A DNA stretch of 64,000 nucleotides from the human T2T-CHM13v2.0 reference genome, Homo sapiens (GCA_009914755.4 CP068257.2:33056001-33120000), one strand, 5' to 3'. Positions 1 through 14,829 are shown, counted from the first letter of the stretch. Notes: generated from the letters alone by a model not told the origin. Numbers and translations are program-made.

Positions 1-189
<189 letters not shown>

Positions 190-707
190 TGAGGGGTCAC
201 TTATCATGAGCCTCACAGTATTGATATTGTGTCTCAGTTTCTTCTTATCCTACCAATTATGCTCTTTGAAAACAAAATGAAACAAAAACAAAAAAGACAG
301 ACATCAAAGCAAAAAACAAAACTAAACAAACAAACAAAAAAACACCCTTTAGACTCATATTTTCTGAGTTTGAAATACTTGATGTAAAATCTGGAAATTA
401 GTTCAGAATAGGATTTCTTTGCCAGAATTAGCCTTTTCTAGGCTCCTTTTTTGGGCTCAGTTTTGTCTGGGTTCTATTCTACAGTGGACACCTGAGCTGG
501 GTTTTGTGAACATGCCTAGATGCGTCTTCATGGTGGGTTTTGTATGGCATAGCTGGAGTGTGGAATTCACAGCTGGGTTTAAAGGAAAGTACTGCAATAT
601 TCTCTCAAACATTCTCCTAGCCTTCATATGACAGCTGAGCAAACACATTTTAAAATCAGTTAGCCCATATTTTATTTGGGAACTCCTAGCTTTCACATTT
701 CTTCCAA

Positions 708-990
<283 letters not shown>

Positions 991-3900
991 TAAAAATAAA
1001 TATATTGGTTACAAATATACCAGAAAGTCATGGCTAACTATGTAGTAACATGTAATAATAATTGTCCCACATTTGCTTCTAATTAGCCATCTAATATATT
1101 CTCCATCTTTATGAGAATTGTCATGTTATTAATTTGTCAGTTTGTTTTATTTTACAAGCATGCAAGGATGCATTCTTGTACAGAAGCCAGGAACATATAG
1201 AACCAGCCAAGAAAGGTCTTAAATTATTTTGTGGTAAATTAATTGCTGATTATGCTAATTTTTAGTTTTGTTTTCTCAAAGAAGTGTTAATTATTTGTCA
1301 TCAAATTATAGGGTAACTCTGCAATATATTTAGTAAGAAAGGTTCTTTTTCTTTCCTCATAATAACAAAGGGTAACAACATAATCACATAATCACACAAC
1401 AACATAATAACAACAGGCAAAACACTAGCAGCAGAGAGTTAAGTAAGAACTTCATTTAAGTAAGGAGTTCAGCGGTAGTGGAGATTTAGTCGCCAAGGAA
1501 GTCTTGCTTACGGCTTTGGTTCCCCTAATCTGGCGTGTAAGCTTTGAGTCAGGGTCTTTGGGTGGGACAGTCTGAGCTACGGCTTTCCTGGCAAATTTGA
1601 CATGACTTAAAAAACTTCAGTGTTGACCAGTGATTAGTCCTGGGCCACCCAGGATTTAGACACCACCTGTTTACTTGTAAACATGCAGTTATTGCTGAGC
1701 TAAAAAAACTTGCATTTGTATTCACATTTGGGTTCTCCAAAGAGGTGAAACTGACCCGATGAAACACAGTAAAACTCAAGAAGGACATGGCCTTTGAATA
1801 AGCACTGTCACCCAGAAATGAGCCCCCGCCCCTCCAAAAAAAAAAAAAAAAAAGAGCCTTCCAAGCATTGCCATACCACAGGGCTGGGCAAGAATGAGCC
1901 AGGACCAGCGTCTGATGGACTCCTGGTAGAACGGTAAGCTGTGGCTCTCTGTGGACATGTCACTGGGAGAGAGCATGTTGGGACTTGTTCTATGGGGCTT
2001 GGTCTCCAGGGAGCTTGAAAGGGAGATGTTATTTTCACAACTATGTGTTCTGAAGGAAAGTGAGCAAAGATGCATTTCTGAGACTTTAATTCTCCCCTAA
2101 AAACAAATTTTTTGTAATTTTTTTTTATTGTCTTAGAAAACCTGCCTACAAATTACACATATGAAATCAGTACCGGGTTACTTGGGGGTGGAAACAGGTG
2201 GAGCATGATGTTTTGCGTAACCTCTTGCATACAAACAGGTGCAGGTGTGCACATGCATGCTGGGGGTGGGGATACCCCTGCCACACTCAGTGAGAGCCCT
2301 ATCGTCATTGCCTCTCGGTTCTCACCACCTGCCACTGCAGTGGGCTCATGGCAGGCCCTCCACTGTGCTTTTTGGTGCAGATAAATAGTGGGTCGGGTGG
2401 ATGGCTAATTGGTAAGACACAAGCCCAGTTCTCCACTGTCCCAGCCCAGTGTCCCTTGTGAGAGAAACAGAGCCACCTTTTTCCATGAAGGCCTCTTGGC
2501 AGCAGGGTTACAGGATGCTGGTGGCTTTGGGAATTTGAAGCTCTTTCCTGCCATGTGCACACATCACAGCTCCCGTCTCTGTCTGGGCTGACAGGCCATG
2601 TGCTTCATGAGAGCAATTATGTTTCTTTACCTTCAGCACGGGTTCCTCCCCTCACATGGGGTTTCCTTTGTGTCCTTGGTTTCACACAGCCAGCCTTTGT
2701 CGGGCCGACTCAGATATCCCATTTCCTTGAATATCTAAAGACCCACAGAAAACCTTCAGAAATACTACACTGGGTCCTTTAGTCATGTGAATGTATTGTG
2801 TCCTTTCGGACACCTAGATAAAACCTAGAAGTGGAAGGAGTATGTAAAAGCCAACACTCCAATCCATGCTTGAGGCTCAGAGGGATCCTCATGCTATGGG
2901 TCCATATATTAATTCAATACATATGGATATATTACCTACTGTGTGTTGGACTCTGTGCTAGATTCTGGGGACACATTGGTAAGCAGGACTGACAAGCTTC
3001 TTGCCCTCCCAGAGTTTACCATCTAGCACAGAAGACAGACATTGGGCAATGTAGTACATTATGTCTGTAGCATCTCCACTGGGCTGCAAGCCTGCACTGC
3101 AAAGACCATGTAGTTTTTCCCATCATTGTTCTTTCAGCCCTTTGCATGCTGTTTGACACATAACAGCCAGCCAGTTAATGATGGTATGAAGGGAAGGGGG
3201 ATGGACGATGAGCAGCAGGCCATAGGAGCATGCAGCAGCAGCAGGAGGACCTGCAGACACAGTGGTAATCACTAAATAGTTGTTGATTTAATTACATTTG
3301 GGGAGACACAACCATTTTCCTTTCCAGTCCACAGAGTAGTGGGATCCTCTGATAATGCCTAGTATAGATTCTTCAGGATTTTCTAAAACAGGTGATCTTT
3401 GGTCTATCATTCTCTGAACTCCTGTCATATTAGTAAAGAAAAAGTTTTTGTGAGAGTTATAAAGGTATTCAAATCTTCTAAAATTTTCCAGCATTAATTT
3501 TGTTTTTTTTTTTCTGCCTGAGTGTTGATTTATAAAGTGGGCCCTATATCTGGGCATAGTTGGGGGAGACATTTTCTTCACAATATAGAGAGTTTCCAAA
3601 AGACCACCCCCATGCTTTTTGTCAGCCCTTTTCTCCTCCCCACAGGGAGACGGTATCCAAGTCCATCTTCGGCTAAAATCCGTGCTTGTATTGACAGCCC
3701 CACTTCCTCCTTCTGAAAGCAGCATTTTAATTTGGAGCTGTTGGTGCTTAGGTATAAAATCTATTTCATTTAATGCTGCTATGAAAATTTCCCAGTTTTG
3801 AATTTAAGACAGTCTCTTATTGTTTTTTCCTGCTCTTGCATGGGGGACCATCTGCTCTGCCAAGCTTTCAAAACTTTGCTCTCAAGTTAGGTGGCAAATG

Positions 3901-4731
3901 GGCTAACAATTTGGTATATGTTAAGAGCTTGTTATAAAGAATACTTTTGCCCCAGCTGGTACTACAGTATGGTATTTAATGTTGAAGAGAACACCATTAA
4001 GAGTGTGTTCAGCTGCAATTAATAAACTATCCAGTAGCAAGTGCCTTTAATCAGAAATATATTTTTCTCATACAACAAGAAATCCAGAGATAGGTGGATA
4101 AAGCATCTTACCCATGTCATCAAGGGCTCAGATTAGTTCCTTGTGTTCTGTCTCCCTGTATCATCAAAAAATGGATGCCTTAGTCTTAAGCACCAAATCC
4201 TGACCAGCAATATCTCAAGTAGGAAACTAAAGGGAAGGGTCAGGATTTTTCTTCTTATTCCCATTCCTCCTTCATCAGGGAGGAGAAATGCTCCTGACAA
4301 CTCTTGCAGCAGACTTTTCTGTGTCTAATGGCTAGAACTGGATTCTGTGCCCCAACCCCCTCCAGGCCTTTTACAAGCACAAGGGTATGAGACTGGCGTA
4401 TATATACCAGGGGTTAGCAAACTGTGGCATGCAGGTCCTATCTAGCCTGCCACCTGTTTTTGTACACCTACAACCTAAGAATGACTTATGTTTTTAAATG
4501 GTTGGAAAACATTAAAAGAAGAATAATTCATGACTCATGAAAAATATATGAAATTCAAATTTCAGGGCCCATAAACAAACTTTTTTTTGGAACCCAGCCA
4601 TGCTTGTTCTTTGATGTATCCTGTATGACTCCTTTCACTTTCAACAGCAGAGTTGAGTAGATGCAACAGAGACTCTGTGGACCACAAAGCCCACAATATT
4701 TATTACTGGGCCCTTTAAGAAAAAGTTTACT

Positions 4732-5025
4732 GGCTGGGTGAGGTGGCTCACGCCTGTAATCCCAGCACTTTGGGAGGCTGAGGCGGGCAGATCACGAGGT
4801 CAGGAGATTGAGACCATCCTGGCCAACACGGTGCAACCCCGTCTCTACTAAAAATACAAAAAAAAAAAAAAAAGTCACCCGGGCGTGGTGGCGTGTGCCT
4901 GTAGTCCCAGCTACTCAGGAGGCTGAGGCAGGAGAATGGCGTGAACCCAGGAGGTGGAGCTTGCAGTGAGCCGAGATTGCACTCCAGCCTGGGCAAGAGA
5001 GAGACTCCATCTAAAAAAAAAAAAA
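4732..5025 (+). mobile_element. Alu SINE (AluS/Y-like), full length with TSD gaaaaagtttac
   Basis: ggctgggtgaggtggctcacgcctgtaatcccagcactttgggaggctgagg ... poly-A tail. The direct repeat aaaagtttac flanks both ends. Confidence 0.95.
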
Positions 5026-5667
5026 GAAAAAGTTTACCGATTCCTAGCTTATACCTACTTTTATTCATCATCTGGGGCTAGATACAATGCCATTCATACA
5101 AAATTGGAGTTCGATTTAGAAGGAAAAAGGATAACTGTTGTAGAAGAAAGAACTGGCAGGTTCTTTCACAGTGAATAAGAAATATTTAAGACACTAAACA
5201 TCTATATATTGTTAGAAATGGTTGTTTTTTGCCTACAAAAACCATAAAAATTTTGATTTATATAAAGTCAACATAAAATGTAGGTTAAATGTATTTATAC
5301 AAATTTTAGTATAACATATTTATGTAGTCCATGGGATTATTTTGTAAAATTTACTTACCATTTTTTTGGAAAAGATAATACATTGGAATAGTAAAATTTA
5401 GAAACATAAAAAGATATAATATAATGAGAATTAAGTCTTCTTTCGCCCATGAAGCCCAACCTCCCAATTTTTCTCCCTAGAGATAACCACCAAATATTTT
5501 TCCAGAGATATTCTATGCAAGTTCAAACATATCCTCAATGTATTATCTATTTCTGTGTAACAAATTGTCCCAAGACCTAGAATCTTAAAGCAACAAACAT
5601 TTTATATTATTCATAGTTTTCCAGGGTCAGGAATTTGTGAGTTGCTTAGATGGGATTTTTGAGTTGC

Positions 5668-7988
5668 TTAATCTGTTCTCACGCTGTTGTGAAGAACTGC
5701 CCAAGACTGGATAATTTATAAAGGAAAGAGGTTTAATTGACTCACAGTTCTGCATGGCCTGGGAGGCCTCAGGAAACTCACAATCACGGCAGAAGGGGAA
5801 GCAAACACATCCTTCTTTGCATGGCAACAGGAAGGAAAAGTGCCAAGTGAAAGGGGAAGCTCCTTATAAGCCATCAGATCTGGTGAGAACTCACTCACTA
5901 TCACGAGAACAGCATGGGGGAAACTTCTCTCATGGTTCAATTATCTCTACCTGGTCTCACACTTGACACTTGGGTATTATTACAATTCGAGGTGAGATTT
6001 GGGTGGAGACATAGCCAAACCGTATCATTCCACCCAGGCCCCTCCCAAATCTCATGTCCTCACATTTTAAAACACAATCATGCCCCTCCAACAGTCTCCC
6101 CAAAGTCTTAACTCATTCCAGCATTAACCTAAAAGTCCAAGTCCAAAGTCTCATTTGAGATAAGGCAAGTCTCCTCCACCTATGAGCCTGTAAAGTCAAA
6201 AGCAAGTTAGTTACTTCCCAGATACGATGGGGGTACAGGCATTGGGTAAATACACCCACTCCAAGTGGGAGAAGTTGGCCAAAACAGAGGGGCTACAGGT
6301 CCCATGTAAGTCTGAAATTCCACAGGGCAGTCATTAAACCTTCAAGTTCCAAAATGATCTCCTTTGATCCCATGTCTCAATCCAAGTCACACTGATGCAT
6401 GAGGTGGGCCCCCATGGCCTTGGACAGCTCCACCCCTGTGGCTTTGCAGGGTACAGCATCCCTCTTGGCTGCTTTCACGGACTGGTGTTGAGTGTCTGTG
6501 GCTTTTCCAGGTGCACAGTGCAAGCTATTGGTGGATCCACCATTCTGGGGGCTGGAGGATGGTTGACCTATTCTCACAGCCCTACTAGGCAGTGCCCCAG
6601 TGGGGACTCTGTGTGGGGGCTCTGACCCTACATTTCCCTTCTGTACTGCCCTAGCAGAGGTTCTCCATGAGGGCTCTGCCCCTGCAGCAAACTTCTTCCT
6701 GGACATCTTGGCATTTCCATATATCCTCTGAAATCTAGGCAGAAGTTCCTAAACCTCAATTATTGACTTCTGTGCACCAGCAGGCCCAACACCACTTGGA
6801 AGCTACCAAGGCTTGGGGCTTGCACCCTCTGAAGCAATGGCCTGAGTTGTACCTCGGCCCCTTTTAGCCATGGCTGGAGCAGCTGGGATGCAGGGCACTA
6901 AGTCCCTAGGCTGCACACAGCAGGGGGTCCTGTGGCCCATGAAACCATTTTTCCCTAGAAGACTTCCAGGCCTGTGATGGGAGGGGTTGCCACAAAGGTC
7001 ACTGACATGCCCTGGAGATATTTTCCCCATTGTCTTGGTCATTAACATTCAGCTCCTTGTTACTTATGCAAATCTCTGCAGCAGGCTTGAATTTTTCCTC
7101 AGAAAATTGGTTTTTCTTTTTCTATCACATCATCAGGCTGCAAATTTTCCTAACTTTTATGCTCTGTTTCCTCTTGAATGCTTTGCCACTTAGAAATTTC
7201 TTCCACCAGATACCCTAAATTATCTCTCTCACATTCAAAGTTCCACAGATCTCTAGGACAGGGGCAAAATGCTGCCAGTCTCTTTGCTAAAGCAAAACAA
7301 GAGTCACCTTTATTTCAACTCCCAATAAGTTCCCCATCCCCATTTGAGACCAACTCAGTCTGGACTTCATTGTCTATATCACTACCAGCATTTTGGTCAA
7401 ATCCATTCAACATGTCTGTAGGAAGTTTTGAACTTTCCCACAGCTTCCTGTCTTCTGAACCCTCCAAATCTCTAGGAAGTTCCAAACTTTCCCACATTTT
7501 GCTGTCTTCTTCTGAGCCCTCCAAACTGTTCCAACCTCTGTCTGTTTTCCAGTTCCAAAGTAGCTTTCACATTTTCAGGTATCCTTATAGCAGCATCCCA
7601 CTCTCTTCAGTACCAATTTACTGTGTTAGTCCATTCTCATACTGCAATAAAGAACTGCCTGAGACTGGGTTATTTATAAAGGAAAGAAGTTTAATTGACT
7701 GACAGTTCCGCATGGCTGGGGAGGCCTCAGGAAACTTGCAATCGTGGCAGAAGGGGAAGAAATCATGCCCTTTTTCACATGATGGTGGGAAGGAGAAGTG
7801 CTGAGTGAAGGCGGAAGCCATTTATAAAGCCATCAGATCTCATAAGAACTCACTCACTATCACAAGAACAGCATGGGGGAAACTGCCTCCATGATTCAAT
7901 TATCTCTATTTGATCCTGCCCTTGACACATGGTGATTATTATAATTCAAGGTGAGATTTAGGTGGGAACACAGAGCCAAACCTTATCA
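5668..7988 (-). mobile_element. Full-length THE1-like MaLR (ERVL-MaLR) element: LTR 5668-6027, internal 6028-7616, LTR 7617-7988
   Basis: Two ~360-370 bp same-orientation LTRs share the THE1/MST motifs (tgttctcacgctg..., gataatttataaaggaaagaggtttaattgactcacagttctgcatggc..., ...gagatttgggtgg...gccaaacc.tatca). They flank ~1.59 kb, close to the expected THE1-int length. Confidence 0.75.
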
Positions 7989-8036
7989 GTTGGGTAGTTC
8001 TGGCTCATGTGGTTGCAGTGAGGATGTCAGTCAGAG

Positions 8037-8150
8037 CTGTGATCTCATCTGAAGGATTAATTGGGGCTAGGGCTGTGGTTTCATCAGAAGGATTGATTGG
8101 GGCTAGGGCCATGGTCTCATCTGAAGGACTTATTAGGGCTGGATAATCCA
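8037..8150. repeat. 36-bp tandem repeat x ~3.3 (gatctcatctgaaggattaattggggctagggctgt-like)
   Basis: Periodic copies visible in the sequence. This explains the repetitive peptide PINPSDET.ALA in the minus-strand ORF 8005..8247. Confidence 0.7.
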
Positions 8151-8539
8151 CTTCCAAGATGGCTGGCTCACATGTCGTTTGGCAGGAGGTGCAGTTAGTT
8201 TTTTTTACCACTTGGGCCTCTTCATAGGACTTCTTTAGTGTCCCCACAACATGGCATCTGGCTTTTTCCAGAGCAATGATCTAAGAGAGACCAAGGAAGA
8301 AGCCATAATGCCTTTTATGACTTTGTCTCAGAAGTTACATGCTGTAACTTCTGCCTTATTTTATTCATTAGAAATATGATCACTAAGTCCAGTCCTCAAG
8401 GAAAGTGGAATTAGGCTCCACCAATTAAAAGAAAAGGCAAAGAATTTGTGGACAAATCTTTAAAATACCACATCTACTTTTTTTTCCACAAAAAATAGTA
8501 CACTGGAAATACATTGGTTTACATCTTGCTTTCTTCCCT

Positions 8540-9290
8540 TAACAATATGTCTTGGAAATCACTCCTTATCAGTGCCTCTAGCTCTGTCACATTCTTGTGA
8601 AAAATGTCATAGTATTCTGGTGATGTGTATACTCTATAATCATTTTCTTGTAGGTAGTTGTTTAGGTAGCTTCCTCTTTTTGATATGTTAAATAATGGTG
8701 TAGTGAATATCCCTCCACAGATGCATAATAATATATGGGAGCTAAATTCTTAGAAATGGCATTGCTACGGGAAAGGGTGTGCATATTTAAGATTTTGATA
8801 ACCATTACCAAATTTCCTCTTCAAAGAGGTGATACCATGTAATGCTCCTCTGACACTATATCAGTGCCATGCTTATTTCCACAAACTTCTCTGCTGAGGT
8901 ATTATCAAATATTTTGAATCTGAGAGGTGAAAATAATGTCCATTGTCATGTAATTTGCATTTCTTTTATTATGTGTGAGGTCGAGTATACTTTTATATAT
9001 TTAAAAAGTATATAAGTATTCTTTTATATATTGATATTTGTTTTTCTGTGAGATGGCTGCTTATATTCTCTGCATTTTTCTTATGGGCTTTTGACCTATT
9101 CTTTCTGATTTTGATGTTAAAGAAGTTAGACTTTTGTCTGTCACATGTGTTCCATATATTTTTATAAGAGTGTGCTGACTGTTTGCACTTGAAAATGTAT
9201 CCTTTTAGTCTTAGTAATTTCTTGTAATTGATGCATGGGAAAGCAAAGTGTGGATGATGATGGCACTCTTAGAATCTCCAACTTCATTCA
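8540..9290 (+). mobile_element. Ancient L1 (L1M-like) 3'-region fragment
   Basis: Resembles the 3' part of old L1 consensus (..aaatggcattgctacgggaaagggtgtgcatatttaagattttgataaccattaccaaat.., ..gtaatttgcatttcttttattatgtgtgaggtcgagtatac.., ..gtcacatgtgttccatatatttttataagagtgtg..). Confidence 0.6.
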
Positions 9291-9303
9291 TTGACATCTT
9301 TAA

Positions 9304-9691
<388 letters not shown>

Positions 9692-10112
9692 CCCTTTCCC
9701 TCTATTTTTAATTAACAGGTACATTTTATCAAGTGTATGCCCTTTTAGAATGAAACTCCATGTGGCATGGTAAGAATCCCTTTTCAAAACAAAGTTTAAA
9801 CTGTACAGACAGGAGGATCACTTCATGCCTATATCACCCCATCTTCAGATGTAAGATATATCGCTTTGATCTTTGCATAATATCTACTGAAATTTATTTG
9901 ATTCCCATAAATCAAAACCATTGTGAAAATATCACCTGTGATGCAGTGATATAAAAATATTGCCTCTGAGGTTGTGTCTCTTGGCCAGATATTCTATTTG
10001 TGCTCCAGTCTGTTGAAAGAATTGACCAAAATTTATAGAGAATGAGGAGATCCAGAGAATTGTGGAGGACAATGAAGCCTACCTATAGCTTATGTTTACG
10101 GAGTGGGAGGGT

Positions 10113-10470
10113 GATATGGTTTGGCTCTTTGTCCCCACCCAAATCTCATCTCGAATTGTAATCTCCACATGTTGAGGGAGGGATGTGGTGGGAAGTGATT
10201 GGATGATGGAAGCAGTTTCCTCCATGTTGTTCTCATGATAGTGAGTGAGTTCTTATGAGATCTGATGGTTTAAAAGTGTGGCACTCTCCCCTATCCCCAC
10301 CCTGCTGCCATGTAAGATGTGCCTTGCTTCCTCTTCACCTTCCACCATGATTGTAAGTTTCCTGAGGCCTCCCCAGCCATGTGGAACTGTGAGTCAATTA
10401 AACCTCTTTTCTTTATAAATTACCCAGTCTCTGGTAGTTTTTATAGTAGTGTGAAAGTGGACTAATACAG
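10113..10470 (+). mobile_element. Solo MaLR LTR (THE1/MST-like), plus orientation
   Basis: tgatatggtttggctctttgtccccacccaaatctcatctcgaattgtaatctcc ... ccatgattgtaagtttcctgaggcctccccagccatgtggaactgtgagtcaattaaacctcttttctttataaattacccagtctctggtagttttt...ggactaatacag. Confidence 0.9.
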
Positions 10471-12702
10471 AGGGAGAACTGAAATGCTCAAATATCAAAG
10501 GTTGTTTGAAAAAATAATTTTGAAGCTTTTGTGGAAAACACAGACTCTGTTGACATATTCCAGATTTTTACTAGGTTTGTGGATTTTATCCCTCAACTCA
10601 CTGTTTCTCTTCTTTTAATAGTATATGGCTGTTCACATAAAAATAAGTAGGGAGAAGTAAACGCTGCTTTTTTTTTTTTTGTCCTTCACACTACCAAGTG
10701 CTGTTTTGCACCCAAATGTATATTTTAAACAAATATTTATTGATTACCTGCCAAGTAGCAGACATTGTGCTTGGGGCTGGGGGTGTAACAGTGATTAGAA
10801 CAAACACAGCCCCTGCTTTTCTGGAGAACTTCAGCCTAGACAGTGATCCAGAAAGAAACAACTACTATGCAACATGAGGAAGAGGACCACAGGAGATTGC
10901 TGGGCCGGGTGGGAAGAGCAGGCTGGCAGGCTGGGCAGTGACAACAGTCTAGGGGAAAGTTAGATTCTAGATCTCTGACCATGAGGCCTGGCCCCCTGCC
11001 ATGTGCCTGTCTATTTGGAAGATGAATCAATTTATCCATCTATCTGCACAACAGATGGATGTATGAATGACAGCCATGTAGAAATAGCTACTCTGTCAGG
11101 TGGTCCATTTTTAATTATACATTTTGTAGAATGTAATTTTATATTACTATCCATAAGTTCTTTTCACCTAAGCCAGTGATGTCTCAGCAGCCAGATTGTG
11201 TTTACAGACCTTGACTTTGAGCACAGTAACTTTACAACTATTAAAGCTCTATGGCACATGAAAGATTATTTCCTTCTTCCTCTTTCTACGGTAGGAGACT
11301 ACAGTGAGGAGTGTAAGTGAAGGCCAAAATGAGGGAGAGGAAAATAAATCACTGTAATTATAGTACACAAGCAAGGAGGACCTGGAAATGTGACCTAGGT
11401 CATTCCATGTCCCCTTTCTGCAGTTATTTCTTTAAGGAGCAGCCCTTATTTTTACAAAGGAGAGGCAACACAGTGCTGATGAAGTGGCTGTCAGTTTCAG
11501 GGCACCCTTTTGGTTTCCAGGTGTGAGAGTTCAAAACTGTCCTGGAGAAGCCAGGCAGTTGGGTCCTTTTCCATAAACCTAGATTTTGCCTTCCAGCTAG
11601 GGAGACTCTCCACTGGAGAGGGTACCTGGCTACTGAGAGAGAAGAAAGCCTGGACCCATTGTTCTCAAGGCTTTATGCTTTTATTTTCCTAGCTTTGGTG
11701 GGGTGGCAGGGTGGGGGGTGGTGTGTAGGATGCTGCAGTCCAGTAGGAAGAAGCTGATATGCACTCCAGCAATCCCCCAAGCGGTGACCCTGGTCCTCCT
11801 CTAGCCACCTGGGGACATGGGGATGATGAATCAAAGCAGAGATGAACAGAGGACACTGTTTTATTCCCTGGCTGGAACACACAGTGATATTCTGATGGGG
11901 TCCTTAGGGTGAAGGCCATATGGCCTGTCCAAGACGTCGGCACATCACAGCCATCATCTGCTTTGAAGGCCGCACAAACTAAAGGTGTTATTGGTCTGGA
12001 GATCCAGTGATACTCTTTCTCCCTAAATAAGAAAAATCAACACTTTTTTGGTGCCTTTGGTGTGAGAGCCTTGGAGGTGAGTTCAAAGAACCTTGGAAAG
12101 ACTTAACTCTCTCCCCCAGCTTTGTTCTCTTTGTTTTAACTCCGGGTTGGATGTCTTCAACTCTCTTCCCATAAATGATCAAACTGGATGAAGTTTTAGG
12201 TTGCACTCGGCGGCTTCTCTGTGTCATGTAACTCTCCAAACAGAGAATCCAGTGCTTAAAGAAACACAGAGCTATTAACACATCAGACATGGAGGGGGAC
12301 ATTTTTTTGTTAGCTGCCCTTTTTACTAATATATTATAATGCTTTGAATCATAAATAACAGCAATAAAGCAAGAATGTTCTGTCACTCTCCAGGTATTGA
12401 GGCTCTGGCTAAGGGAAGTCCTGCACATATGTAGCTCCACCCATGGCTGAGTACAAAACAACAACTCCATTGCTTTTAGACACTACTAAGGTTTTCTTAA
12501 CCCATTTATGCCTAGTATTCCATTATTGGACCGCTAAGCTTGTGGAAGTTATTTATATCCTACTGCTCAATGTCATCACCAAGGTCTGCTTTTTCACACA
12601 AAAAATTTGCAACCTCAGGCATAAATGGGTTAAGCCAGTTCAACTTAGTAAATAACTAAAATGCTCAAAGCATTTATTAATATGATTAAGAACATATGCT
12701 TT

Positions 12703-13012
12703 GGCCGGGCACGGTGGCTCACACCTGTAATCCCAGCACTTTGGGAGGCTGAGGTGGGCAGATCACGAGGTCAGGAGTTCAAGACCAGCCTGGCTAACAT
12801 GGTGAAACCCTGTCTCTACTAAAAATACAAAGTTAGCAGGGCATGGTGGCACTCGCCTGTAGTCTCAGCTACTTGGGTGGCTGAGGCAGAAGAATCACTT
12901 GAACTCAAGAGGCAGAGGTTGCTGTGAGCTGAGATCACGCCACTGCGCTCCAGCCTGGGTGACAGAGTGAGACTCTGTGTCAAACAAAACAAAACAAAAA
13001 CCCAAAACCAAA
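12703..13012 (+). mobile_element. Alu SINE (AluS-like) with TSD aacatatgctttg
   Basis: ggccgggcacggtggctcacacctgtaatcccagcactttgggaggctgaggtgggcagatcacgaggtcaggagttcaagaccagcctggctaacatggtgaaaccc ... A-rich tail. Flanking direct repeat. Confidence 0.95.
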
Positions 13013-13324
13013 AACATATGCTTTGAGCATTTTGGCACAGCCTGGAATCATATAGTGTGGTGGATTAAAGATGGCTGCCATTTCTTTAATACTCCTATTA
13101 AGAAGTGAGGTTTGATTCTCCTCCCTCTGAATCTGGCCTGACCTTAGTGACTACTTCGTAACCAGCAGAATATAGTGGACGTGATGCTGGGTGATTTTTG
13201 TCCTGCAAGACTGTGTGGCTTCTGCCTTATTCACTGACCATCCTGAGGTCACCATGCTGGAGGGGCTACCTGTGGGTGCTCCATTTGACAATCCTAGCTG
13301 AGCCCAGCCTTCCAGCCATCTATG

Positions 13325-13493
13325 CAAGATGATGGGCATGTGTGTGAAGCTGTCTTGGCCCCCTCAGACCAGCCCATCCGCAAGACACTGGGCACATGTG
13401 TGAAGCTGTCTTGGCCCCCTCAGACCAGACCATCCACAAGACACTGGGCATGTGTATGAAACTGTCTTGGCCCCTCAGAGCAGCCCATCTGCC
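13325..13493. repeat. 56-bp tandem repeat x3 (caagacactgggcacatgtgtgaagctgtcttggccccctcagaccagcccatcc)
   Basis: Three near-identical head-to-tail copies are visible. Confidence 0.85.
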
Positions 13494-14829
13494 AGCTGAA
13501 CACTGCTGAGTAACCTTCGTCAGTGCCACACGGAACAGAAGGATCGCCCAGGCAAACCTCGCTCAAATCCTTCACTCACAAAATCATGAGATACTATAAA
13601 CCAGGTACTCTAGGCTGATAAATTGTGGGTAATTTGTTACGTGGCAATTGGTGACTGGGATATGCCATGACTGATGTCTCCTCTAAGCTAGTGAAATCTG
13701 AGTGGGTGAAAAGACAGGGCCAGATGGGAGGTGTGGAGTAACAGTTGAAAGCAATTCTAAAGGGGAGGGGGCAATCAGAGGAAAGGAAGGAGGCTCCATG
13801 CAGCCAGTTCTTCCATTTGGTGCCTGCATTTTTTCCCTTTTGAGTCACTGTAGGGATTGGACTACTCTGTCATTCAAGAACCTAAACCACTGGGATATAT
13901 AAAAACAGGCTGCAATATTAAGCAGGCTTTCTAGAACAAGATGTTCCTTTGTTGCAATAATTCCTTGTGAGAATTTCACAAGGAAATAAGCTTTTCATCT
14001 CCATGTAAAAGCTTCAGTTGGTATCAGGCCATATTATTAAATATGGATTAAAAATAGCCCCGGAGTTTTTAAAGCATAATTCATATATAAGAATAGATGG
14101 CAAATACCAGTTTGTTTGCTCAAGGACTTCTTATGCCTTGATTCCACCTGCTGTTACAATGAACACTAACATAATTAAGCCTTTTGCTAGAATTGAAAGC
14201 TAGGAGCAATGTGGTTCAGTAATTAATCAATGTGAGTCGAGGGTAGTCACCCACTTAATCCATTGAATAATAAATTAATTGTTACAACAGCTGAAAAGAA
14301 AAAATACTATACATACTTAGGAATATGTTTAGGATTAGTAGTTTTTTTTAAATGTTTACACCTATGTTTGAAAGTGTTAAGATCTAAAATATATTTCTTA
14401 GCATCTAAATGTAGGAGTGAATAAAGTTAATTTCTAAGTTTTAATGAAGAGTGAGAAGTCTGTTTTAAGGGAAAGCCTAGCTCCTTTTATGGCCTGGAAT
14501 GAGGAATCTGGCAATAAATTTTACTGATAATTACAGACAACGAGCATTGGGATGGAGCTGTCCGCTCCACTGGGGGTATGCAGTGTAAAGTATTGGTTGA
14601 GCATGCAAACAAAGTCAGTCTAGAAAGTGTGGACTTTTATTTATTTACAAAAAAAAATTTCTTTTCTAAAATAGGCCTTGCTGCAATGATGATACATGTT
14701 TCCTTTATAGACTTACAAGAAGTGTGATGCCTACTATTTGTGTCATAGTTTGAGCTGGTATAATAACAATGGACAATACTAGCAAAGATGTGAAAACGAG
14801 GGGACACAATAGTCTTTCCCCTCAATTCT

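Noticed and set aside
7178-7702. 174-aa ORF on + strand (Ser/Leu/Phe-rich)
   Set aside because: It lies inside the minus-oriented THE1 internal region and LTR and is low-complexity (SLSHSKF..SSEPSK..SS). It is not a retroviral gag/pol reading frame and not on the element's sense strand.
11988-12470. 160-aa ORF on the minus strand
   Set aside because: No recognisable domain, AT-rich context, no splice-site logic. Likely chance.
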